Source of the DNA: an uncultured Prevotellaceae bacterium
Lineage (GTDB): Bacteria; Bacteroidota; Bacteroidia; Bacteroidales; Bacteroidaceae
Length of the DNA stretch: 64,000 bases
Reading direction: 5' to 3'
Assembly (NCBI GenBank): GCA_900315455.1
Contig: OMZE01000007.1
Location: forward strand, 46,447-110,446
A program made the translations under genes and the position numbers. This document shows positions 29,140-40,123 of the stretch, piece by piece. The notes under the pieces are model-generated. The model saw nothing but the letters and a program-made list of their open reading frames with translations. It was not told the DNA's origin and did no database searches. Within the stretch, counting starts at the first letter, position 1, and the number at the start of each line of letters is the position of its first letter.

Positions 29140-30081
29140 TTAGATTCTTGTCCATTTCGTGAATTTCGGGATGATGGTGATGGTGCCGCTCTCTACGTCG
29201 TGGGTGTCGTCGAGATACTCCTTCAATGCCATGGCAACAACGGCCATGATGACGTCGGGGTCTTCCTCGCGGCGCTTCGTCACCACACCGGGGAAGGCGC
29301 GCTCGTCTTCTTCCTCGAGGCTCATCTTGCTCAGGATCTTCTTGGTATGGGCTTGCTTGGCATCATTGAGTTTGCGGTTCTGCCTGCCTTTCATAATCCT
29401 GCCGAAAATGGTGAAGAAGATGCACAGCAGGGCAAGACAGGAGAAGACGATACCCATCGAGAGAAGGGTGATGCCAAAACCGTGGGGGTCGTCGCGCTTG
29501 ATCTGAGCCACCTTGCTGTCGGAGATGTTGATGTAGTTCTCTATGCCGGGTGTCACGGCATCCACAGCCTTCACTTCCCAGGTGTCGGCACCGTCTTTCT
29601 GACGGGCATACGAGGCGTTGGGCTTCATCGGCATGGGGATGGTGACAGAGTCGACGAGGTTGACGCCGTTGCCTTCGAAGAGTCCAATCCACAGGTTGCC
29701 CTCGGCGGGAAGTGTTGAACTCAGATGGGTGGAGCCTTTAGCAGGGTTGCTGTTGAGGTAGAAAATCAGGTGCTGTCGGCCCGAAAGATTGGTGCGGGTC
29801 TCATTGTTGGGGATGATGCTCATCATCGACACACGCTCGGGCACGGTGAGTGCCTTGTTGAGCACGGCGGTGTCGGTGGCGATATACATACCCCGCACGT
29901 TGAAGGTGGTGAACGACGTGTTGGCCAACTCCATCCAGGGCAGGTGCTCGCCGTACTCATCCACGATGCTCTCGGTATTGACAGGCATCACCTCGTTGAT
30001 CTTGATGTTCTTGGCACCTTGCCCGAACACCATGAGGTGGCACACAGCCAATACTGCAATAAGTGAATACTTCTTTTTCAT
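29140..30081 (-). CDS. OadG/gamma-type subunit with N-terminal lamin-tail-like domain
   Basis: INEVMP...W.EL.N lamin-tail pattern; TM MGIVFSCLALL; HDVESGTITI tail. Confidence 0.85.
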   Translation of the reverse strand: MKKKYSLIAVLAVCHLMVFGQGAKNIKINEVMPVNTESIVDEYGEHLPWMELANTSFTTFNVRGMYIATDTAVLNKALTVPERVSMMSIIPNNETRTNLSGRQHLIFYLNSNPAKGSTHLSSTLPAEGNLWIGLFEGNGVNLVDSVTIPMPMKPNASYARQKDGADTWEVKAVDAVTPGIENYINISDSKVAQIKRDDPHGFGITLLSMGIVFSCLALLCIFFTIFGRIMKGRQNRKLNDAKQAHTKKILSKMSLEEEDERAFPGVVTKRREEDPDVIMAVVAMALKEYLDDTHDVESGTITIIPKFTKWTRI

Positions 30082-30114
30082 CGAAATGTATTATATTTGA
30101 TAGATTCTTGTTTT

Positions 30115-31803
30115 CTAACCACAGAAGAAGAGCACGAGCACCTGCGCTGTGAGGATGCGGAGGAACATGCTCAGGGGGTAGACGGTGGAGTAGCCAACAC
30201 CGGGGGCCTCGCGGCTGCAAATCTGGTTGGCATAGGCAAGGGCAGGAGGGTCGGTATAAGCGCCTGCCACCATGCCGACCACCGTGAAGTAATTGAACTT
30301 GTAGACCAGTTTGGCTATCGTGGCAACGATGAGGATGGGCAACACGGTGATGAGCACGCCGCTGTAGACATACTTGATGCCGTCGCCGGCAATCACGGTG
30401 TCCCAGAATCCCGCACCGGCTTTGATGCCCACGCTGGCGAGGAAGAGTACCAGACCTATCTCGCGCAACATCATGTTGGCACTCGTGGTGGTATAGGTCA
30501 CCAACTTGATGCGGTAGCCGAAACGGCCGATGAGGATGGCGATGATCAGCGGGCCACCGGCAAGACCCAGTTTCATGGGGATGGGCATGCCGGGGATGGC
30601 GATGGGCAGGCTGCCGAAGATGATGCCGAGCATCACACCAATGAATATGGTGGCAATGTTGGGGGCGTTGAGACGCTTGGCAGAGTTGCCCATAATCTCT
30701 GCCACACGGTTCACATTGTCTTCTGGACCTACCACGAGGATGCGGTCGCCTACATGGAAATGGTGGTTGCGCCCGGCAAAGAGGTCAATGCCGTGGCGGG
30801 TGATGCGCGTCACGTTCACGCCATAGACACTCGAGAAGTGCATCTTGCCCAAGGTCTTGCCGTTGATGCGCGGACTGGTCACTACGATGCGGCGCGATAC
30901 CATCGGCTGCTGTTCTTGCTTCACGTCCCACTCACTCTCCAGTTTCGGACCGATGAAGGCGATGATCGGCTCGGCATCGGCCTCGGCACAAACGATGAGC
31001 AACTCGTCGCCGATTTCAAACACCGTGTCGCGGTTGGGGATGCTCACCTGCCCCTCGTGGAGGTAGCGAGAGCAGACGAAGTCGCGGTTCAGAAACTCGC
31101 TGATCTGTTTCAGTGTGCGCCCCGCCAAGTAGGAGTTCTGCACCTTCAGGTGCATCATGTAGGGTTTGGCATGGGGATTCTCTGCTTCAAGAGCCTCCAA
31201 CTGGGCTTCCTCTGTATCCAGTTTCGAGCGGGTGAGGAAGCGGATGGCCACGGAAGCGAGGATGATGCCGGTGACACCTAGCGGATAGGCGCAGGCGTAG
31301 CCAGATGCTATCTGTGGGGTGTTGTCAGAGAACACCGTTCCTAAAGCCTCGGTGGCGGCACCAAGACCGGGGGTGTTGGTCACGGCTCCGTAGAGAGTAC
31401 CCACCATCATGGGCAGGTTATTGGGGTTTGACGTGTCGAAGAACAGGTAGTAGCAGCCAAACATCACGAGAATGTTGAGCAGGATGATGGCAGCGGCAAG
31501 GCCGTTGAGCGTAAGACCGTCTTTCTTGAAACTCTCAAAGAAACCCGGACCCACTTGCAAACCTATCATGAACACGAAGAGGATGAGTCCGAAATCCTGG
31601 ATGAAATTCAAAATCGTGACGGGGGCTGTGAAATGCACGTGACCTGCCAGGATGCCGGCGAAGAGCACGAAGGTAACACCCAACGAGATACCACATACCT
31701 TGATCTTGCCCAGATACACTCCCAATGCGATGACACAGGCATAGAGGAGCACGGTGTGGGCAATAGAGTCGGTTTCTGTAAAGAGATTAATGAGCCAATC
31801 CAT
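30115..31803 (-). CDS. AspT/YidE/YbjL family transporter
   Basis: Duplicated membrane domains ([21 protein letters not shown]) flanking TrkA-C-like domains. Confidence 0.9.
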   Translation of the reverse strand: MDWLINLFTETDSIAHTVLLYACVIALGVYLGKIKVCGISLGVTFVLFAGILAGHVHFTAPVTILNFIQDFGLILFVFMIGLQVGPGFFESFKKDGLTLNGLAAAIILLNILVMFGCYYLFFDTSNPNNLPMMVGTLYGAVTNTPGLGAATEALGTVFSDNTPQIASGYACAYPLGVTGIILASVAIRFLTRSKLDTEEAQLEALEAENPHAKPYMMHLKVQNSYLAGRTLKQISEFLNRDFVCSRYLHEGQVSIPNRDTVFEIGDELLIVCAEADAEPIIAFIGPKLESEWDVKQEQQPMVSRRIVVTSPRINGKTLGKMHFSSVYGVNVTRITRHGIDLFAGRNHHFHVGDRILVVGPEDNVNRVAEIMGNSAKRLNAPNIATIFIGVMLGIIFGSLPIAIPGMPIPMKLGLAGGPLIIAILIGRFGYRIKLVTYTTTSANMMLREIGLVLFLASVGIKAGAGFWDTVIAGDGIKYVYSGVLITVLPILIVATIAKLVYKFNYFTVVGMVAGAYTDPPALAYANQICSREAPGVGYSTVYPLSMFLRILTAQVLVLFFCG

Positions 31804-31956
31804 CTTTTTGAAAAAAAACTCTGCAAAATTACTCATTTTATTGCTCAAAGAATAATTTTTGTGCAATTAATTCTCCGCAAAACGACAAGATTTTGAATTT
31901 TTCACGTTTAAATATTAATTTATCCGTTTTTCTTTCATGATGTCGCAAAAAACTTG

Positions 31957-31964
31957 TATCTTTG
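31957..31964 (+). promoter_or_regulatory. -7 promoter element for mutAB
   Basis: TATCTTTG upstream of mutA. Confidence 0.6.
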
Positions 31965-32028
31965 CATAATGATTTAAGGGCCTTCTGTACCTTATAATTT
32001 TTCAAACTTATATAATAAACATTTCGCT

Positions 32029-33876
32029 ATGTCAAACAACAAGGAAAAACTCTTTACTGAGTTTCAGGCTCCTACCACACAAGAATGGCTAGACAAGATT
32101 CAAGTCGACCTCAAGGGAGCAGATTTCAACAAGAGACTCGTATGGAGAACTAACGAAGGTTTCAACGTGCAACCATTCTATCGCAGGGAAGACGTTCTGA
32201 AACTGAAAACACCCGAGGCCTTGCCCGGAGAATTCCCGTTCGTTCGCGGCAACAAAAAGGACAACAACGAGTGGTTTGTCCGTCAGAATATCCTCGCAGA
32301 GGATGCCGCCGCTGCCAACGCCAAAGCCCTCGATGTGCTCAATAAGGGTATTGATTCCCTGGGATTCAAGATTCCCGGTGATAAGGTGAGCGAGGAGTTC
32401 ATCGACACCTTATTAAAGGATATTGAGTGCGAGTACATTGAAATCAATTTCAAGACTTGCCCGCGCCACACCCTGGAACTGGCCGAAATCCTCAAGGCCT
32501 ATTTCGAGAAGAAAGGCTACGACAAGACGAAACTCGTGGGAAGCGTAGAATTCGACCCCATTGAGAAAATCGTCATGAAGGGAAAGGATGCCACACCACT
32601 GCTCGGCATCACCGCCCAACTCGTGGAGGCTTTCAAGGACTACCCGCAGATGCGCTGCGTCACTGTCGACTCCGAAGCGCTCAACAATGCCGGTGCCTAT
32701 ATCGTGCAGGAACTGGGTTATGCCCTGGCATGGGGTAACGAATATCTGCAGCAACTCACTGAGGCTGGTGTCGATGTCGACCTGGCTGCATCGAAGATCA
32801 AGTTCAATATGGGCGTAAGCGAAAACTACTTCATGGAACTCGCCAAGTTCCGTGCCGCCCGCTTGCTCTGGGCACAAATCGTGAAGCAATATGAGCCCAA
32901 ATGCGACTGTGCCTGCAAGATGTGCGTCAATGCCACCACTTCGAAATACAACCAGACTCTCTTCGACAGTTATGTCAACCTGCTCCGCTCGCAGACCGAG
33001 GCCATGAGTGCTGCCCTCGCTGGCGTACACTCCATGGTGGTCACTCCGTTCGACGAGCCTTATGAGGTGCCCAACGACTTCTCAGAGCGCATCGCACGCA
33101 ACCAGCAGTTGCTGCTCAAGGAGGAGTGTCACTTCGGTGCCGTCGTCGACCCGGGTGCCGGTTCCTATTATATCGAGCATCTCACCGATAGCCTCGCTGT
33201 AGAGGGATGGAAAATCTTCCTCGCTGTGGAGGAGGATGGCGGATTCCTCGCCGCTGCCAAGGAGGGCAAGGTGCAGGACGTCATCAACGCCACCAACGAA
33301 AAGCGTCATGGCGATGCCGCCAAGCGCAAGGAGTTCATCCTCGGCACCAACCAGTTCCCCAACTTCACCGAGGTTTCTGATGGCAAGACCGCTCGTCAGT
33401 GCGCTTGCTGCTGCCAGAAAGAGGAGGCCGACTTCAAGGCTGTGAAGGCCACCCGCCTGGCTGCCGACTTCGAAGACCTCCGCATCCATACCGAGAACAC
33501 CCGAGTGCCTGTAGCGTTCATGCTCACCATCGGCAACCTGGCCATGCGCCAGGCCCGTGCACAGTTCTCGTGCAACTTCCTCGCTTGTGCAGGATACAAA
33601 GTCGTCGACAACCTCGGCTTCAAGACCGTTGAGGAGGGTGTCGATGCCGCTCTCGAGGCTAAGGCCGACATCGTGGTCCTCTGCTCCAGCGATGACGAAT
33701 ATGCCGAGTATGCCATCCCTGCCTTCAAGTATCTCGACGGCCGCGCCATGTTTGTCGTGGCAGGTGCTCCCGCTTGCATGGAAGACCTGAAAGCAGCCGG
33801 TATCGAGAACTTCGTACATGTGCGCTGCAACGTGCTTGAGACACTCCGTGAATACAATGCCAAGTTGGGAATTTAA
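32029..33876 (+). CDS. mutA: Methylmalonyl-CoA mutase small subunit
   Basis: KFRAAR.LW, RIARNQQL, lacks DGHDRG; precedes the large subunit. Confidence 0.95.
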   Translation: MSNNKEKLFTEFQAPTTQEWLDKIQVDLKGADFNKRLVWRTNEGFNVQPFYRREDVLKLKTPEALPGEFPFVRGNKKDNNEWFVRQNILAEDAAAANAKALDVLNKGIDSLGFKIPGDKVSEEFIDTLLKDIECEYIEINFKTCPRHTLELAEILKAYFEKKGYDKTKLVGSVEFDPIEKIVMKGKDATPLLGITAQLVEAFKDYPQMRCVTVDSEALNNAGAYIVQELGYALAWGNEYLQQLTEAGVDVDLAASKIKFNMGVSENYFMELAKFRAARLLWAQIVKQYEPKCDCACKMCVNATTSKYNQTLFDSYVNLLRSQTEAMSAALAGVHSMVVTPFDEPYEVPNDFSERIARNQQLLLKEECHFGAVVDPGAGSYYIEHLTDSLAVEGWKIFLAVEEDGGFLAAAKEGKVQDVINATNEKRHGDAAKRKEFILGTNQFPNFTEVSDGKTARQCACCCQKEEADFKAVKATRLAADFEDLRIHTENTRVPVAFMLTIGNLAMRQARAQFSCNFLACAGYKVVDNLGFKTVEEGVDAALEAKADIVVLCSSDDEYAEYAIPAFKYLDGRAMFVVAGAPACMEDLKAAGIENFVHVRCNVLETLREYNAKLGI

Positions 33877-33888
33877 ATCGCTACAGTC

Positions 33889-36051
33889 ATGAGAAAGAAT
33901 TTTAAAGATATCGATATTTATGCTGGCATTCAGCCGCAGAATGGTGCTGAGTGGCAACAGGCCAACGGCATTGACTACAACTGGAAAACCCCCGAGCACA
34001 TCGAGGTGAAACCGGTTTATACGAAGGAAGACCTGGAGGGTATGGAGCACCTCGACTTCACAGCAGGTATACCGCCTTATCTCCGTGGTCCGTACTCGAT
34101 GATGTATCCTTTCCGTCCGTGGACCATCCGTCAGTATGCTGGATTCTCCACCGCCGAGGAATCTAACGCGTTCTACCGCCGCAACCTCGCTTCCGGACAG
34201 AAGGGCCTCTCCGTGGCTTTCGACCTTCCCACACACCGTGGCTACGACCCCGACAACCCCCGTGTGGTGGGCGACGTGGGTAAGGCTGGTGTGTCTATCT
34301 GCAACGAGGAGAACATGAAGGTGCTCTTCTCGGGCATTCCTCTCAACAAGATGTCGGTGTCGATGACCATGAACGGTGCCGTGCTTCCTATCCTTGCTTT
34401 CTATATCGTGGCTGGTCTGGAGCAGGGAGCACAACTCGAGGAGATGGCTGGTACCATCCAGAACGATATCCTCAAGGAGTTCATGGTGCGCAATACCTAT
34501 ATCTACCCGCCTGCCTTCTCGATGAAGATTATCGCCGACATCTTTGAGTTCACCTCACAGAAGATGCCGAAGTTCAACTCCATCTCCATCTCGGGCTATC
34601 ACATGCAGGAGGCTGGTGCCACCGCCGACATCGAATTGGCTTACACCCTGGCCGACGGTATGGACTACATCCGCACGGGTGTGAACGCAGGTATCGACGT
34701 GGATGCCTTCGCACCACGTTTGTCGTTCTTCTGGGCCATCGGCATGAACCACTTCATGGAGATAGCGAAGATGCGTGCCGGACGTCTGCTCTGGGCGAAA
34801 ATTGTGAAGAGTTTCGGCGCTAAGAACCCGAAGTCGCTCGCATTGCGTACCCACTCGCAGACTTCTGGATGGTCGCTCACTGAGCAAGACCCCTTCAACA
34901 ACGTGGGCCGTACCTGTATCGAGGCTATGGCTGCCGTGCTCGGACATACACAGTCGCTGCACACCAACGCCCTCGATGAGGCCATCGCCCTGCCTACCGA
35001 CTTCTCCGCCCGTATCGCACGCAACACGCAAATCTATATCCAGAACGAGACGAAGGTGTGCAAGCAGATTGACCCGTGGGCTGGTTCTTACTATGTGGAG
35101 ACACTTACCAACGAACTGGTGCACAAGGCATGGGAGCATATCCAGGAAATCGAGAAACTGGGTGGTATGGCAAAGGCCATCGAGACCGGACTTCCGAAGA
35201 TGCGTATCGAGGAGGCCGCCGCACGCACACAGGCACGCATCGACTCGGGCGTGCAGACCATCGTCGGCACCAACAAATACCGTCTCGACCATGAGGACCC
35301 CATCGATATCCTCGAGGTAGACAATACTGCCGTACGCAAACAGCAGGAGGAGTCGCTCGCACAGGTGCGTGCCTCTCGCGACGAGGCTGCTTGCCAGGAG
35401 GCACTCAAAGCCATCACCGCATGCGTGCGCGACTTCAAGGAGGGGCGCAAGAGCAAGGACAACCTGCTCGACCTCGCCGTGAAGGCAGCCCAACTGCGCT
35501 GTACGCTGGGTGAAATCAGTGATGCCTGCGAAGAAATCGTAGGCCGTTATAAAGCAATCATCAGAACTATTTCAGGCGTGTATTCAGCAGAAAGCAAAAA
35601 CGATTCCGACTTCAAGAAGGCTTGTCAACTCACTGAAGAGTTTGCCAAGAAAGAGGGCCGCAGGCCTCGTATCTTTGTTGCTAAAATGGGACAGGACGGT
35701 CACGACCGCGGTGCCAAGGTGGTGGCCACCGGTTATGCCGACTGTGGCTTCGACGTGGACATGGGGCCGCTCTTCCAGACTCCTGCCGAGGCTGCACGCG
35801 AGGCAGTGGAGAACGACGTACACATCGTAGGTGCCTCGTCGCTCGCCGCAGGTCACAAGACGCTCATCCCGCAACTCATCGAGGAGTTGAAGAAACTGGG
35901 TCGTGAGGACATCATGGTCATCGCTGGTGGCGTGATTCCTGCTCAGGACTACGACTTCCTCTACAAGGCAGGCGTTGCCGCCATCTTCGGTCCTGGCACC
36001 TCCGTGGCCAAGGCTGCCGTAGAGATGATGAACATCCTGCTCGACAAATAA
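33889..36051 (+). CDS. scpA: Methylmalonyl-CoA mutase large subunit
   Basis: [19 protein letters not shown]12 motif GQDGHDRG. Confidence 0.98.
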   Translation: MRKNFKDIDIYAGIQPQNGAEWQQANGIDYNWKTPEHIEVKPVYTKEDLEGMEHLDFTAGIPPYLRGPYSMMYPFRPWTIRQYAGFSTAEESNAFYRRNLASGQKGLSVAFDLPTHRGYDPDNPRVVGDVGKAGVSICNEENMKVLFSGIPLNKMSVSMTMNGAVLPILAFYIVAGLEQGAQLEEMAGTIQNDILKEFMVRNTYIYPPAFSMKIIADIFEFTSQKMPKFNSISISGYHMQEAGATADIELAYTLADGMDYIRTGVNAGIDVDAFAPRLSFFWAIGMNHFMEIAKMRAGRLLWAKIVKSFGAKNPKSLALRTHSQTSGWSLTEQDPFNNVGRTCIEAMAAVLGHTQSLHTNALDEAIALPTDFSARIARNTQIYIQNETKVCKQIDPWAGSYYVETLTNELVHKAWEHIQEIEKLGGMAKAIETGLPKMRIEEAAARTQARIDSGVQTIVGTNKYRLDHEDPIDILEVDNTAVRKQQEESLAQVRASRDEAACQEALKAITACVRDFKEGRKSKDNLLDLAVKAAQLRCTLGEISDACEEIVGRYKAIIRTISGVYSAESKNDSDFKKACQLTEEFAKKEGRRPRIFVAKMGQDGHDRGAKVVATGYADCGFDVDMGPLFQTPAEAAREAVENDVHIVGASSLAAGHKTLIPQLIEELKKLGREDIMVIAGGVIPAQDYDFLYKAGVAAIFGPGTSVAKAAVEMMNILLDK

Positions 36052-36069
36052 AGTGGAGTAGAAACAATA

Positions 36070-36114
36070 AACCGGGGGTGGTTCTTTTCGAGAGAATCAC
36101 CCCCGGTTGTTTTT
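36070..36114 (+). terminator. Intrinsic terminator
   Basis: AACCGGGGGTG...CACCCCCGGTT stem followed by gttttt. Confidence 0.85.
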
Positions 36115-36209
36115 ATCAATAATCATCGGAGACTGTTCTGAATGATTATAAAGCCAGGGAAAAAGCAGTGAGCCGAATACTCCAATAAGAAGTATCCAAT
36201 GATTGAACC

Positions 36210-36875
36210 TTACTCTATACTCTCAATCTTCACTCCATTGAGTTCTTCCATGATGCCAAGGACGCGCGACTCGTATTTGTCGCGTTTCACGATGACGTCG
36301 GTGGTCACCGAAAACAGTGTCTTGCCGTCTTTCTGCACCTCACGCATGTTGTAGTTGTCAATCTTCATGCCATCGTTGCGCAGACGGTCGAGCACACTGC
36401 GCACATCGCTGATGCTCGGCGAAGAGAAGGTGATGGCGATGTTGCGGGTGCCGAAGTGGTGCATGATAAGGTTGAGCGTTTCCAGGCAGAGCAGCACGAG
36501 AAGGGTAGTGGCGATGGCGAGGATATAGAGTCCGGAACCGCAAGTCATACCAATGGCAGCGGTCACCCACAGTCCGGCGGCAGTGGTGAGCCCTTTCACC
36601 ACATGTCTCTGGAAGATAATCGTGCCGGCACCAATGAAACCGATGCCGCTAACCACCTGTGAGGCGATACGCGACGGGTCGAGACGGATGTTGTAGGGCA
36701 GGCCGAGAACTGTCTCAAAGCCAAACTGTGAGACAATCATAAACAAGGCGCTGCCGAGAGCCACGAGGAAATGGGTACGCACGCCGGCCTCCTTGGCACG
36801 GTAGCCGCGCTCCATACCTATGATGCCGCCCATGACGGCGGCGGCGAAGAGTCGTAGGATGAATTCTTGGGTCAT
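36210..36875 (-). CDS. MgtC/SapB family membrane protein
   Basis: AGVRTH, DPSRIASQVVSGIGFIGAG, GLTTAAGLW. Confidence 0.93.
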   Translation of the reverse strand: MTQEFILRLFAAAVMGGIIGMERGYRAKEAGVRTHFLVALGSALFMIVSQFGFETVLGLPYNIRLDPSRIASQVVSGIGFIGAGTIIFQRHVVKGLTTAAGLWVTAAIGMTCGSGLYILAIATTLLVLLCLETLNLIMHHFGTRNIAITFSSPSISDVRSVLDRLRNDGMKIDNYNMREVQKDGKTLFSVTTDVIVKRDKYESRVLGIMEELNGVKIESIE

Positions 36876-36928
36876 GGTATTGTTGGCATAAAATTACGGC
36901 ATGGAGCGTGTGCCCCATGCCGTGTTGG

Positions 36929-39457
36929 TTATTCGAATGTCAGTTCTTCTTTCTCTGGATGTTTGCCGATGGCGATGGTGTCGCCTTCTTTCACGTCGCC
37001 ACCGAGGATGCGCTCGCAGAGACCATCCTCAATGTAGTTCTGGATGGCGCGCTTCAGCGGACGGGCACCAAACTGCACGTCGTAGCCCTTCGTAGCGACG
37101 AACTCCTTCGCCTCGTCACTGATGGTGAGGTGATAGCCCAAGGCCTCCACGCGGGTGAAGAGTCCGCGCAACTCGATATCGACGATGCGCTTGATGGCTT
37201 CCATGTCGAGTTGGTCGAAGGTGATAATCTCGTCGAGACGGTTGAGGAACTCAGGCGCAAACTGCTTGCTGAGGCTCTTCTGGATGATAGAGCGGGCATA
37301 GGCCTTGTCGCTCTCGTTGATGCTAAGACCTGTCGTTCCAGTGGAGTTGAAGCCCACGCCGCGACCAAATTCCTTCAACTGGCGGGTGCCGGCATTGGAG
37401 GTCATGATGATGACGGTGTTGCGGAAGTCGATAAGACGGCCGTTGCCATCGGTGAGGCGTCCCTCGTCGAGCACCTGGAGCAAGAGGTTGAACACGTTGC
37501 CGTGGGCTTTCTCTATCTCGTCGAGCAGGACGATGGAGTACGGGTGGCGCCGCACTTTCTCGGTGAGTTGACCGCCTTCCTCATAGCCCACATATCCCGG
37601 AGGGGCACCCACAAGGCGCGACACGTTGAAACTCTCGGTATACTCACTCATGTCGATGCGGATAAGGTCGTCGGCACTGCCAAACATATACTCGGCGAGT
37701 TTCTTGGCAAGGTAGGTCTTGCCCACACCCGTAGGACCGAGGAACATGAACACACCGATGGGGTGGTTGGGGTCTTTCAGACCCACGCGGTTGCGCTGGA
37801 TGGCTTTCACCATCTTCTCAATAGCAGCATCTTGGGCAACAACAGCCTTCTTCAGTTCGTCGCCCATATGGCGAAGGCGTACGCCCTCACTCTCTGCCAT
37901 GCGCTGCACAGGCACGCCAGTCATCATAGACACTACGTCGGCCACCTCTTCGTCGGTGACGGTCTCGCGCTCATCGTTCACACCATTACTCCAGGCATCA
38001 TTGAGTTGGCGCAACTCCTCTTCCATGCGGCTCTGCAGGTCGCGGTAACTGGCTGCCAACTCGTAGTTCTGATTCTGCACAGCACTGCTCTTCTTCTTCT
38101 TCACCTCTTCGATCTCCTTCTCTTTGGCGGCAATCTCAGGGGGAATCTGGGCATGCTGCAGGTGCACGCGGGCACCTACCTCATCGAGGGCGTCGATGGC
38201 CTTGTCGGGGAAGGCGCGGTCGGTGACGTAGCGCTCGGTGAGCCGCACACACGAGTTGATGGCCTCGTCGGTGTAGTCTACGTGATGGTGCTGCTCGTAG
38301 CGGTCCTTGATGTTATGGAGTATCTGCAGGGTCTCCTCGGTGGTCGTCGGCTCTACCATCACCTTCTGGAAACGGCGCTCCAGGGCACCGTCTTTCTCGA
38401 TGCTGTTGCGGTATTCGTCGAGGGTGGTGGCACCGATGCACTGTATGGTGCCCCTGGCAAGGGCGGGCTTGAGGATGTTGGCGGCATCCATCGAACCGGG
38501 GGTGGAACCGGCACCAATGATGGTGTGCACCTCGTCGATGAAGACGATGATGTCGGGACTCTCCTCCAACTCCTTGATGAGGGCCTTGATGCGCTCCTCA
38601 AACTGTCCTCTGTATTTCGTGCCTGCCACCACCGACGTGAGGTCGAGGCTCACCAGGCGCTTGTTGAAGAGGATGGGCGAGGTGCGGTGGCGCACAATCA
38701 TCTGGGCAAGGCCTTCCACGATGGCACTCTTGCCCACACCGGGCTCACCGATGAGGATGGGGTTGTTCTTCTTGCGGCGACAGAGAATCTCCATCACGCG
38801 TTGCATCTCGTGCTCACGGCCCACCACGGGGTCGAGTTTGTTTTCCAAAGCGGCTTTGGTGAGGTCGGTGGAGAAATTGTCGAGCACAGGGGTCTTGCCC
38901 GCTGGCTTGCGGGTCTGCGTGGCAGTGCTGCCGCTGCTGCCGTGGTTGTCGAGTGGCATGCCGTCGTCATCGTCTTCGGTATCATCAGGGATGCCGAGAC
39001 CGTCTTGCGGTAGGTTGGCCACCTGCTGGAAATATGCTAATGCGTCTTCGTAATTCATGTTGTTGTCCTCCAATACTTTCTTAGCGCCATTGTCCACCTG
39101 GTCGTGGAGGATGGCGAGCAATAGGTGACGCACGTCGACAGTGCTGGTGCGCTGCAGACGGGCTTCAAGAACGGCCAACTTCAGGATGTTGCTGGCTTTG
39201 TCGTTGAGCACCAATTCCCTGTTGGTCAGGGGCTGGTCACTCTCGTCGGCTTTCACAAGCGACTCCAGGTCGTCTTTCACCGACTTGAGGTTGATGTGCA
39301 TGCGCTCAAACAACGAGTGAACCTCGTTGGCACGGTCGCGCAGGATGCCCATCAACAGGTGCTCCGGACCCACCCATTTGCTGGCAAGCCTCGTGGCTTC
39401 CTCACGGCTGTAGGAGAGGATTTCGGATACTTTTGGTGAAAATTGGCTTGTCATCAT
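36929..39457 (-). CDS. clpC: ATP-dependent Clp protease ATP-binding subunit ClpC
   Basis: Two AAA+ modules (GEPGVGKS, GPTGVGKT), Clp-N repeats, short UVR coil. Confidence 0.95.
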   Translation of the reverse strand: MMTSQFSPKVSEILSYSREEATRLASKWVGPEHLLMGILRDRANEVHSLFERMHINLKSVKDDLESLVKADESDQPLTNRELVLNDKASNILKLAVLEARLQRTSTVDVRHLLLAILHDQVDNGAKKVLEDNNMNYEDALAYFQQVANLPQDGLGIPDDTEDDDDGMPLDNHGSSGSTATQTRKPAGKTPVLDNFSTDLTKAALENKLDPVVGREHEMQRVMEILCRRKKNNPILIGEPGVGKSAIVEGLAQMIVRHRTSPILFNKRLVSLDLTSVVAGTKYRGQFEERIKALIKELEESPDIIVFIDEVHTIIGAGSTPGSMDAANILKPALARGTIQCIGATTLDEYRNSIEKDGALERRFQKVMVEPTTTEETLQILHNIKDRYEQHHHVDYTDEAINSCVRLTERYVTDRAFPDKAIDALDEVGARVHLQHAQIPPEIAAKEKEIEEVKKKKSSAVQNQNYELAASYRDLQSRMEEELRQLNDAWSNGVNDERETVTDEEVADVVSMMTGVPVQRMAESEGVRLRHMGDELKKAVVAQDAAIEKMVKAIQRNRVGLKDPNHPIGVFMFLGPTGVGKTYLAKKLAEYMFGSADDLIRIDMSEYTESFNVSRLVGAPPGYVGYEEGGQLTEKVRRHPYSIVLLDEIEKAHGNVFNLLLQVLDEGRLTDGNGRLIDFRNTVIIMTSNAGTRQLKEFGRGVGFNSTGTTGLSINESDKAYARSIIQKSLSKQFAPEFLNRLDEIITFDQLDMEAIKRIVDIELRGLFTRVEALGYHLTISDEAKEFVATKGYDVQFGARPLKRAIQNYIEDGLCERILGGDVKEGDTIAIGKHPEKEELTFE

Positions 39458-39528
39458 CTTTATACCTTAAAAAAATTAATACCTTAATGTCAATTCTATG
39501 GTCTATTCAGTACACACAAAAATACAAT

Positions 39529-39542
39529 CAAACATTGTGCCA
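39529..39542 (-). promoter_or_regulatory. Sigma54-type -24/-12 promoter upstream of clpC
   Basis: Minus strand TGGCAC-AATGT-TTG. Confidence 0.55.
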
Positions 39543-39545
39543 AAA

Positions 39546-40049
39546 TTATCGGTTGCCGAAAAATTTCATGTATTCGTCTTCAAAATTCGGTGTGAAGTAG
39601 TCTTTTCCTATCTTCTGTAGTATCTCATCGGGGCTGAAGAAGCGGCCTCCAGCCAACTCGTCGGGGGCGGGGAGCACCTCACCGTCGTAGACGGTCTGGA
39701 AGACGTATACCAGTTCGCGCTCTCGCTTGCCCTCGAAAATATATTTCCCCAAATACTCAGGGGTAAAGGTGGTGATGCCGAGTTCCTCGAGCACCTCGCG
39801 TACGAGGGCGTCTTCCACGCTCTCACCATAGTCGATATGTCCGCCAGTGGCGGTGTCCCATTTTCCGGGCTGTATGTCTTTCCACTGCGGCCGCTCCTGC
39901 AAATAGAGCATGCCCTGGCTGTTGAAGAGGTGGAGATGCACCACGGGATGCAGTATCTTCGTGCCGTCATGGGCTTGTCCCCGGCTGATGCTGCCAGTGA
40001 CGTTGCCGTTTTCATCGACAATAGGAAAGCGCTCGTTTTGGTTGTCCAT
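39546..40049 (-). CDS. NUDIX hydrolase (Idi/YfcD-like)
   Basis: GGHIDYGESVEDALVREVLEELG Nudix box. Confidence 0.9.
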   Translation of the reverse strand: MDNQNERFPIVDENGNVTGSISRGQAHDGTKILHPVVHLHLFNSQGMLYLQERPQWKDIQPGKWDTATGGHIDYGESVEDALVREVLEELGITTFTPEYLGKYIFEGKRERELVYVFQTVYDGEVLPAPDELAGGRFFSPDEILQKIGKDYFTPNFEDEYMKFFGNR

Positions 40050-40123
40050 TAATAATAATGAAAATAGATAATAACAATACGCACGCGATAAACGCTGTGC
40101 TGATGTCCTTTTTATTCCCCCAT

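Noticed and set aside
31804-32028. Cobalamin riboswitch upstream of mutAB
   Set aside because: AT-rich region holding two divergent -7 boxes; no B12-box or related conserved motifs visible
36908-39013. 701-aa ORF antisense to clpC
   Set aside because: Codon-aligned antisense shadow typical of GC3-rich conserved genes; no motifs or expression signals
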